DNA of 64,000 bases, taken from Oscillospiraceae bacterium. Lineage in GTDB: Bacteria > Bacillota > Clostridia > Oscillospirales > CAG-272. A program made the translations under genes and the position numbers. The notes beneath the pieces are model-generated. The model worked only from the letters and a program-made list of their open reading frames with translations. It was not told the DNA's origin and ran no database searches. Position 1 is the stretch's first letter. The number at the start of each line of letters is the position of its first letter. The stretch covers positions 45,998-109,997 of the forward strand of contig SVRS01000001.1 of assembly GCA_015064695.1 (NCBI GenBank), given 5' to 3'. Below, piece after piece: positions 57,297 through 64,000 of the stretch.

Positions 57297-58169
57297 TTAT
57301 TTGACGGCGCGGGTGATCTGAATGATCGAGACCATGCAATCCCATTGATGCAGTCCCCGATCGTAGAGGTTGATGCGGCGGTCGTATTTGGCGTTGATTT
57401 GACGGTGGAGCTCTTCTATGGTTGAGGCGGGAATGAGATTGGGGGCCTTGGCGCGGAGGCTGTCCAGGAAATCCAGGTCGTTTTGACGGCCTGCATGGAT
57501 GATGGCGTGGGCGGTTGCCGGATCGTAGAGGGGATTATCGGGGGTAAGGTTGATTGCGACGTAATGGGTGGAGACCTGGCGGAAGCCGTATTTCTCCATG
57601 GCGGCGGGGATGCCTCGCTCGTCGGTGGCGTAGGCACCGATGCCCGCTGACTTGAACAGGGCCTCGTCGTAGGGAGCGGCGGCCTCGTAGACCTCCCGTT
57701 CCAATTCCGATGCTTCCTCCAGGCAGGGGGCGGGGATATGGTAGCCCCGTCGGGAGGAGAGGACCAGGCAAATCCCCCCCTCCTTCAGCACCCGATGCTG
57801 CTCGCCGTAAAAGCCATCGGGCGGGATATGCTCCTGGACCGTGTTGGAGATGGTGACGTCAAAGCTCCCGTCGGGGAAGGGCAGGGCGGTGGCATCCCCC
57901 TCCAGGTAGCAGATGTGGGGGGACTTGGCGGCGGCGAAGTCGATGAAACCCGAGTCGCGGTCGATGCCCGTCACGGCCGCAGCAGGATACCAGCGGGACA
58001 GCGCCTCGCACAGGGCCCCGGGACCGCAGCCGATCTCCAGAATGGCGGCCGCTTCGGGAATCCCGAAGGCTTGTACGTAGGATTCCCGGAACAGATCGTG
58101 AAAGCGGAGGGCGCGGGACTCGTAAAGAGTGCCGATCCGCTGAATTTGGGTAGACCATAGCTGATTCAT
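57297..58169 (-). CDS. Class I SAM-dependent methyltransferase
   Basis: Motif I is ILEIGCGPG. Post-I (GIDRD) and motif II/III spacing are consistent with a Methyltransf_11/25-like fold. Confidence 0.85.
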   Translation of the reverse strand: MNQLWSTQIQRIGTLYESRALRFHDLFRESYVQAFGIPEAAAILEIGCGPGALCEALSRWYPAAAVTGIDRDSGFIDFAAAKSPHICYLEGDATALPFPDGSFDVTISNTVQEHIPPDGFYGEQHRVLKEGGICLVLSSRRGYHIPAPCLEEASELEREVYEAAAPYDEALFKSAGIGAYATDERGIPAAMEKYGFRQVSTHYVAINLTPDNPLYDPATAHAIIHAGRQNDLDFLDSLRAKAPNLIPASTIEELHRQINAKYDRRINLYDRGLHQWDCMVSIIQITRAVK

Positions 58170-58269
58170 GACGGTGTCCTTTCAAAATACATGGATATGG
58201 GAAGTGCCCCTCCATACCAATGGGGGAGGGGCCCCATGGGGGAAAACCGAGTCCGCACCTCTCTTCGAG

Positions 58270-58323
58270 TATCACCAAAAAACTTTTGCCATGAAGTCTT
58301 GGCCGCCGGAGGCACGCTCTCCC
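58270..58323. repeat. 3'-end repeat module, copy 4
   Basis: CCAAAAAACTTTTGCCATGAAGTCTTGG followed by CCGCCGGAGGCACGCTCTCCC. It lies just 3' of the L-serine dehydratase stop. Confidence 0.6.
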
Positions 58324-58341
58324 TTTCCGTCTTTATGCGTA

Positions 58342-59565
58342 TCACTCCCCTGCGGGACGGTAGAGCTTGGCCAGCCCGCCCTCGGAGGTCTCGCGGTAGA
58401 GGTGGGAGAGGTCCAGCCCCGTGCGGTACATGGTCTCCACCACCAGGTCGAAGGAAATTTTGCGGCTCCCCGACAGGAAATTGGCCAGGGACAGAGAGTT
58501 GATGGCCCGCATGGCGGCCACGGCGTTGCGCTCAATGCAGGGAATCTGCACCAGCCCGCAGACGGGGTCGCAGGTCAGCCCCAAGTGATGCTCCAACGAG
58601 ATCTCAGCGGCATATTCGATCTGATCAATGCCCATTTCAAAAAGCTCACACAGCGCGGCGGCGGCCATGGAGCAGGCGGTGCCCACCTCGGCCTGACAGC
58701 CGCACTCAGCCCCGCTTACCGAGGCGTTGGTGGCCACCAGGTCCCCGATCAGCCCCGCCGCGGCCAGGGCGCGGATGACGTCGCGGTCGGAGAATCCGTT
58801 CTTGTCCTGCATGTACTTGAGTACGGCGGGGAGCACCCCGCAGGAGCCGCAGGTGGGGGCGGTGACGATGATGCCGTTGTCGGCGTTCTGCTCGCTGACC
58901 GCAAAGGCGTAGGCGCAGACCAGCCGGTTTTCGCGGGTCTGGGGGGACTCGTCGATGTGACGCTGGTTGTAAAGCCGCTGGGCCTTGCGCTCCACCTCCA
59001 GACCGCCGGGGAGGATGCCCGTGTGGGTCAGACCCTCACGGATGGCGGCGGTCATGGTGTGCCACACGTCCAACAGGAAGGCCGGGAAGTCGGCGTCCTC
59101 GTGCTCGAATACGTAATCCGACAGACGGATGCCCCGGGACTTGCAAAGCCCTGCGATCTCGGTGAAGCTCTCCTCGCGGTACAGCTCGGGGGGCTGGGAA
59201 AAACGACCCTCCTCTCCGTCCATGCGGACCTCACCGCCGCCCACCGACAGAAAGCGCATCCGTCCCACCTCGATCTCTCCCGCATAGCCGATGAGATCCA
59301 GGGTGTTGGGGTGGGGCAGGGTGGCGGCGACCTGGTCGTCGGGCTCGAAGACGATCTCGGCGGGGATGGGAGCCAGCGTGTCCAGAATGGCGCGGTCGGT
59401 GCCGTGGCCCTTACCCGTCTTGGCCAGGGAGCCGTAGAGGATGGCGGTGATGCGGTCGGCCTCAGGGTGGGTGTCCTTGAAGGTCTTGGCGGCAAAGGCA
59501 GGCCCCATGGTGTGGGAGGAGGAGGGACCCATGCCGATCTTGTATATGGTGCGGACAGATTTCAT
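58342..59565 (-). CDS. sdaA: L-serine ammonia-lyase (iron-sulfur dependent, single-chain)
   Basis: YKIGMGPSSSHTMGP at the N-terminus. The conserved Cys-containing alpha-domain motifs are present (APTCGSCGVLPAV; GAECGCQAEVG). Confidence 0.88.
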   Translation of the reverse strand: MKSVRTIYKIGMGPSSSHTMGPAFAAKTFKDTHPEADRITAILYGSLAKTGKGHGTDRAILDTLAPIPAEIVFEPDDQVAATLPHPNTLDLIGYAGEIEVGRMRFLSVGGGEVRMDGEEGRFSQPPELYREESFTEIAGLCKSRGIRLSDYVFEHEDADFPAFLLDVWHTMTAAIREGLTHTGILPGGLEVERKAQRLYNQRHIDESPQTRENRLVCAYAFAVSEQNADNGIIVTAPTCGSCGVLPAVLKYMQDKNGFSDRDVIRALAAAGLIGDLVATNASVSGAECGCQAEVGTACSMAAAALCELFEMGIDQIEYAAEISLEHHLGLTCDPVCGLVQIPCIERNAVAAMRAINSLSLANFLSGSRKISFDLVVETMYRTGLDLSHLYRETSEGGLAKLYRPAGE

Positions 59566-59756
59566 GGAGGGTGGGGTTCCTTTCGGGTGGATTTGGGCTT
59601 ACCTTTTAGTATAACATAAATATGTGGAAAAATCAAGGGAGGGGAAGGATTTTAGGTAAAAATTCAGGTATGTTCTCCGGGTTACGGCACTACCTCCCAC
59701 GCGAGAACGTGTAAAACACCGTGCCACCCCCATAGGGCAACACGGTGTTTCAAATA

Positions 59757-60188
59757 TTATTCGTTATAGTGTACATTCCAAAGCCCATACCCCTCGTCGG
59801 TCCGCACCACCTCGGTGGTGACGGTCAGGGTCTTGGCGCCCACCTTGACCTCCATGGTCAACTCGTAGACCGAGCCCCCGAAGCTGGAGTCGTAGTAGGC
59901 CGATTTCATGCCCACGTAGCGCTCGATGGTCACGCCCTCGTCGAAGTCTGCCCCCATTTCGGTCCGCAGAGTCTCGGCGGTGCTCTCCATGAGCTCGGCG
60001 GTCATGGAGGTGGCGGGATGGAACAGGGCGGCGGCCTCCTCGTAATGTTCGGCGGCCATGGCGGCAAAGTACGCGTCAGTGGCCTCCTTGGCCTCGTCCC
60101 GAGACACACCGCCCGAGCAGGCGGACAGGCTCCCGAGTGCGGCCGGCAGGAGGGTGAGTGAGATGAGAATGGTCAGGATTCTTTTCAT
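59757..60188 (-). CDS. Small putative lipoprotein
   Basis: MKRILTILISLTLLPAALGSLSAC lipobox. Its start overlaps the cysE stop (ATGA). Confidence 0.6.
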   Translation of the reverse strand: MKRILTILISLTLLPAALGSLSACSGGVSRDEAKEATDAYFAAMAAEHYEEAAALFHPATSMTAELMESTAETLRTEMGADFDEGVTIERYVGMKSAYYDSSFGGSVYELTMEVKVGAKTLTVTTEVVRTDEGYGLWNVHYNE

Positions 60189-60904
60189 GGTCTTTCTCCT
60201 TCTGAATCCATATGCTCATCCAGCTTTTTCTCGATACGAGACAGCTCCTGGGCCACGGGGTCGGGAATGTGTACCTGGTCCAGATCGTCCACCTTGCGGC
60301 CGTGACGGCGCACCACACGGGCGGGAATGCCTACGGCGGTGGAGTTCTCGGGAACCTCCTCCAGCACCACCGCGTTGGCGGCGATCTTGGAGTTGTCGGC
60401 AATCTTGAAGGGACCCAGCACCTTGGCACCCGCGCCCACCAGGACGTTGTTGCCCAGAGTGGGGTGACGCTTGCCCACGTCCTTGCCCGTACCGCCCAGG
60501 GTCACGCCCTGGTACAGGGTGCAGTTGTCCCCGATCTCGGTGGTCTCGCCAATGACCACACCCATACCGTGGTCGATGAACAGCCCCTTGCCGATGGTGG
60601 CACCGGGGTGGATCTCAATACCCGTCTTATGACGTGCCCACTGGCTGATGGCGCGGGCGGCGAAATAATGCTTCGACAGGTAAAGCTTGTGGGCCACGCG
60701 GTAGGCCAGAATGGCGTGGACACCCGAGTAGAGCAGTAAGATCTCCAGATCACTGCGGGCGGCGGGGTCTCGCTGGCGGACGGCGGCGATATCGGTGGTG
60801 ATCTCCTCGCGGACGGCGGACAGGGTGTCGGCCGCCTTTTTTGCACTCTGCTTGCAGAGGCGGGGGAGGTCAAAATTGATGATGGTATCGTTGTTATGGC
60901 TCAT
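60185..60904 (-). CDS. cysE: Serine O-acetyltransferase
   Basis: SATase N-terminal helices (RDPAARSDLEILLLYSGVHAILAYRVAH) and left-handed beta-helix hexapeptide repeats (IHPGATIGKGLFIDHGMGVVIGETTEIGDNCTLYQGVTLGG). Confidence 0.9.
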   Translation of the reverse strand: MSHNNDTIINFDLPRLCKQSAKKAADTLSAVREEITTDIAAVRQRDPAARSDLEILLLYSGVHAILAYRVAHKLYLSKHYFAARAISQWARHKTGIEIHPGATIGKGLFIDHGMGVVIGETTEIGDNCTLYQGVTLGGTGKDVGKRHPTLGNNVLVGAGAKVLGPFKIADNSKIAANAVVLEEVPENSTAVGIPARVVRRHGRKVDDLDQVHIPDPVAQELSRIEKKLDEHMDSEGERP

Positions 60905-60950
60905 GGGAAGTACCTCACAGGGAGAAGGATGGTGAAATATCGGTCAGGGA

Positions 60951-61640
60951 TCAGCGGCGCACCTTCTTGGAAACCATGCGAACGATGCGCTCCAGGGCAG
61001 GGGAGAAGATCATGTTGACGGCCAGCTCGAAGATGAAGTTGAGACCGGCACAGCCGATGAAGATGAAGTGGATGGCAGTACCACCGACGCCTGCGGCACT
61101 CATAACACCCTTGATGGTGTCCAGAATGACCAGACAGCCCAGGCAGAATACGCCGGTGTTGACGATGGGCACGATGGCGGCGGCGGTGAATACGGCCAGA
61201 AGAATATTCTTGCGGCTCAGGAGCTTGTAGACGAGACCTGCCAGGAATCCGGCCAGGGTGGACTTGATCAGACAAATGCCTGCGGTGATAACGGGATTGT
61301 TGTCAAACAGGAAGCCGGTAAAGAAATCCAGATGCATGACACCACCCGTGATGTAGACCACGAGGCCGAACACAAGGCCCAGGAAAGCGCCGGCAACAGG
61401 GCCCAGAAGCATGGCGCCCAGGGCGACGGGGATCAGCACCAGGGAGATGTTGGTGGCGCCCGGGATGGGCAGGCGAATGGCGACGCCCGTGAGCTGTAGT
61501 ACCAGGATCACAGCGGTCAAAAGGGCAAGCTGGACCAGGTAGAGGACCTGCTGCTTTTGCTTGCGGCGTCGGTCGTGGATGGTGGTACGGCCGTTGGTGC
61601 CGTCCGGACGGGTGTTGTTGCACTCGTTTTGGTTGTTCAT
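60951..61640 (-). CDS. ECF transporter S (substrate-capture) component, possibly for pantothenate or a related vitamin
   Basis: The start at 61640 (MNNQNE...) follows AAGGAG. About 6 TM helices with a small, Gly-rich ECF-S-like pattern. Substrate specificity is only suggested by the adjacent coaX. Confidence 0.65.
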   Translation of the reverse strand: MNNQNECNNTRPDGTNGRTTIHDRRRKQKQQVLYLVQLALLTAVILVLQLTGVAIRLPIPGATNISLVLIPVALGAMLLGPVAGAFLGLVFGLVVYITGGVMHLDFFTGFLFDNNPVITAGICLIKSTLAGFLAGLVYKLLSRKNILLAVFTAAAIVPIVNTGVFCLGCLVILDTIKGVMSAAGVGGTAIHFIFIGCAGLNFIFELAVNMIFSPALERIVRMVSKKVRR

Positions 61641-61760
61641 GTTTTTTCTCCTTCGGGGAATCTCACCCCAGCGCATGATGCGCGGCTGCCATCCGCATAG
61701 GGTATGGCGCCATAAAAATTTTTATGATAAACCCAAAGGGCTGATCAACGGATTTACATT

Positions 61761-62031
61761 TAATGAATAATGAATAGTGAATAATTGAGGTTGAAACCCT
61801 TCGGGTTTCCGCGATCAAATTATAATTGAATGGTCAAAACCCGTAGGGTTTTGTTCCACCATTATTCATTTTTCATTTTCATTCTTCATTTCTTCTAATG
61901 AATAATGAATAGTGAATAATTGAGGTTGAAACCCTTCGGGTTTCCGCGATCAAATTATAATTGAATGGTCAAAACCCGTAGGGTTTTGTTCCATCATTAT
62001 TCATTTTTCATTCTTCATTCTTCATTTCTTC
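61761..62031. repeat. Two tandem copies of a 135-bp quasi-palindromic element
   Basis: Units at 61761-61895 and 61896-62031 differ at only a few positions. Each unit has AATGAATAATGAATAGTGAATAAT / ATTATTCATTTTTCATT... arms and two hairpins (GAAACCC-TTCG-GGTTTC; CAAAACCC-GTA-GGGTTTTG). The centre is the palindrome AATTATAATT. Confidence 0.9.
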
Positions 62032-62837
62032 CTGCTCTCCCTCTCCGCGGTGGCCTTGTAGATGAAATACAGCCCCAGGAGGGTCAGATTAGGCTCCTGC
62101 GTGATCTCATGGACGCAGGCGGGAAGCACCAGATCGGAAAGTCCTCCCGTGGCAACGATGGGCAGAGCGGCATTGGGCGGGAGCTTCATCTCCCCGCGTA
62201 TGCGCTCGATCATTCCGTCGATCATGCAGGCGGTGCCCAGCACCAACCCTGACCGAATGGCGGCGGGGGTGTTCTTACCCAAGGCCGAGTCGGGCGCCTT
62301 CAGCTCCAGATACGGAATCTGAGCGGCGGCTGCACGAAGCCCCTCCAACGCGGTGGTTACTCCGGGGGAAATGGATACACCGATCAGCTCGCGGGCCCTG
62401 TTTACCGCCCCGCAGACCGTAGCCGTGCCGAAATCCAGAAAGATCACGGGCGTGCCGTAAAGCTTTACGGCGGCGGCGGCGTTGGTGACGATGTCCGCCC
62501 CCAGGGCCGATGGATCGTCCACCCGCAGGCTGATGCCCGTCCGCACGCCGCCTTCGATGTGGGTGACGGGGATGCCGTTGCCGATTTTTTTAACGGCGGA
62601 TTCCAGCGTGTGAGTCAGCTGGGGCACCACCGACCCGATTACCGCGGCGGTCATGGAGGCGTGGTAGCCTCGTTCGGACAGCAGACCGCGTATGGTCACA
62701 GCATATTCGTCAGCGGTCCGTCCCGTGTCGGCGGAGAGCTTGGCAGTCAAAACGGGAGTGGGCCGCGTATCACAGGCGTTCAGATCGAACAGCCCCAGGG
62801 AAATGCTGGAATTGCCAATGTCCAGAGCCAACAGCAT
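62022..62837 (-). CDS. coaX: Type III pantothenate kinase
   Basis: MLLALDIGNSSISLGLF is the ASKHA phosphate-1 motif. Also present are IFLDFGTATV and VATGGLS. Confidence 0.9.
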   Translation of the reverse strand: MLLALDIGNSSISLGLFDLNACDTRPTPVLTAKLSADTGRTADEYAVTIRGLLSERGYHASMTAAVIGSVVPQLTHTLESAVKKIGNGIPVTHIEGGVRTGISLRVDDPSALGADIVTNAAAAVKLYGTPVIFLDFGTATVCGAVNRARELIGVSISPGVTTALEGLRAAAAQIPYLELKAPDSALGKNTPAAIRSGLVLGTACMIDGMIERIRGEMKLPPNAALPIVATGGLSDLVLPACVHEITQEPNLTLLGLYFIYKATAERESRKK

Positions 62838-62873
62838 GGCGGAACCTCCTTAACAAAATATGCGGGCATGGGG

Positions 62874-63695
62874 TCAATCGTCCTCATCGTAATCTCCTTC
62901 CCCGATGCGCATGCGCTTTTCGGCGGGCTTCATGCGGAGACGGGCGCGGGCTTGGTCAATATCGTATTGAGGCAGGGTCTTGAGCTTTTTGAAGGCGTCA
63001 AAGCTCCCATGCTCGGCGGCGCGGACGTAAAGCTCGATGGCCTTGCTTCGATCGTACATCCGACCCAAGCCCTCCTCGGCACACTTGGCCAGCAGGAACT
63101 CGGCGTTGCCCTTGGCCGCTCCCACGTAGTCTCCCTCATGGCGGGCGGCCTTGCGGATGTAGCGGATGGCCTCGTACTCGTCGGCCTCCACGATCTCAAA
63201 CCGCTTGTCCATAAGCTCGTCGGCGTACTCCCCGTTCTCGTCAGGGGTGGGGGGCAGGAGAAAAGCGGTGTCGGGGGTATCGGGACGGTGGAAGGGGATG
63301 CGGCGGATGCTGATGATATCGGGCTCACCCACGCATCCCGTTAGCCGTACCATGGCCAGGTAGAGCTGAGCCTCGATGCACCCGCACTCGGCGGCGGTGA
63401 GCATATACCCGTACCCCTCGGCAGGGTCGCAGGCTACCCCACGCCCCGTGACCAGCATAGCCCCCGCATTGTAGGCGGCATCCCCCTCCTCCTCGTAGCG
63501 GAGGTAGGTGTAAAGCTCAAAGGCCCGGGCAGGGTCGGGGTCGATGCCGTAGCCGTATTGCAGGCAGTAGGCGTAGTTGAAGATGGCGCGGGTGTGCCCC
63601 GCCTTCATGCCCTCGTCGTAGATGCGGAGGGCCTCGGCAAAGTGCCCCTCGGTGAACATGGCGTTGGCGCGGATGATCTTGTTATCGATGTTCAC
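62874..63695 (-). CDS. Sel1-like repeat protein (small)
   Basis: Several SLR signatures are present (A.FNYAYCLQYGYGIDPDPARAFELY; AYNAGAMLVTGRGVACDPAEGYGYM; AEFLLAKCAEEGLGRMYDRSKAIELY). Confidence 0.8.
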   Translation of the reverse strand: MNIDNKIIRANAMFTEGHFAEALRIYDEGMKAGHTRAIFNYAYCLQYGYGIDPDPARAFELYTYLRYEEEGDAAYNAGAMLVTGRGVACDPAEGYGYMLTAAECGCIEAQLYLAMVRLTGCVGEPDIISIRRIPFHRPDTPDTAFLLPPTPDENGEYADELMDKRFEIVEADEYEAIRYIRKAARHEGDYVGAAKGNAEFLLAKCAEEGLGRMYDRSKAIELYVRAAEHGSFDAFKKLKTLPQYDIDQARARLRMKPAEKRMRIGEGDYDEDD

Positions 63696-63878
63696 GGGAG
63701 GACTCCTTTCGGGGAAATTATGGCAGGGGAGCGGGGAGAACGCTTAGAATGTTTTTTGAAAAAAGGCTCTAAGAACTCCAAAAAACTTTAGAAAAGAATG
63801 GTTTTATCTTGATGGAAGTTCTTGGAAGGGGTCGAGGGGGAACCTTCTTTCAAGAAGGTTCCTCCTTGCGCGCTCCGT

Positions 63879-64000
63879 TCACTTCCGATAATACACGTAA
63901 TGCACCGTAATGGTCCGCACCTCGCCCCCATGCTCCTTGTCGGGGGCCGTGATGACCACCCCGTCTCCCGACATGAGGATCCAGGCGTCAAGCTGATCAA
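63879..64000 (-). CDS. 3' end of an unidentified minus-strand gene (rest lies outside the window)
   Basis: The frame ending ...DQLDAWILMSGDGVVITAPDKEHGGEVRTITVHYVYYRK* (stop at 63879-63881) has protein-like composition. It is not in the ORF track because no Met lies within the window. Confidence 0.3.
   Translation of the reverse strand, partial: DQLDAWILMSGDGVVITAPDKEHGGEVRTITVHYVYYRK

Noticed and set aside
61761-62031. Possible CRISPR array (direct repeats with hairpins).
   Set aside because: There are only two units. They are directly abutting with no unique spacers, the unit length is 135 bp, and no cas genes are in the window. The 7-nt repeats at 9495-9540 and 4710-4730 are likewise microsatellites, not CRISPR.
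63788-64000. Track ORF 63788-64000 (minus strand, 70 aa).
   Set aside because: Its sequence (…SSCRETGWSSRPPTRSMGARCGPLRC…) is composition noise and it runs into repeat sequence. A different minus-strand frame ending at 63879 gives a protein-like C-terminus and is reported instead, at low confidence.

Overview
This 64-kb window looks like a GC-rich Clostridia-type (Firmicutes) chromosome. Markers supporting that are hemW, DUF1292, rpsT, ytvI-like, zapA, proB, rsmB, yloV, coaX and cysE. Housekeeping genes sit on both flanks. The centre (about 20.1-38.0 kb) is the standout: eight tandem, same-strand paralogues of a roughly 600-aa lipoprotein that I recognise as DUF4838-like, an uncharacterised glycoside-hydrolase-like family. 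Each has a lipobox signal peptide, a highly variable acidic Thr/Glu/Asp/Pro linker, and a conserved catalytic-looking core with an invariant Cys/His signature. The array is interrupted once by a PKD + discoidin + (alpha/alpha)6-barrel lipoprotein. A convergent GH95 alpha-L-fucosidase follows it. No transporter, regulator or recombinase lies inside the array. I rate this the best candidate for an undescribed surface glycan-processing system. Other notable items: a 1308-aa TIR-like/Sel1-repeat protein just upstream of the array; a pspA-less YdjI/YdjG/YdjH-like SPFH/zinc-ribbon/TPM module; and two inverted copies, about 47 kb apart, of a roughly 300-bp element that looks like a promoter + ~160-nt structured RNA + terminator. 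There is also a family of modular intergenic repeats, including a conserved motif just 3' of four minus-strand genes, and a 135-bp quasi-palindromic element in tandem duplicate. A tRNA-Arg(CCG) is followed by an AT-rich islet that abuts a truncated response regulator. All functional calls rest on motif recognition by eye. No database search was run.
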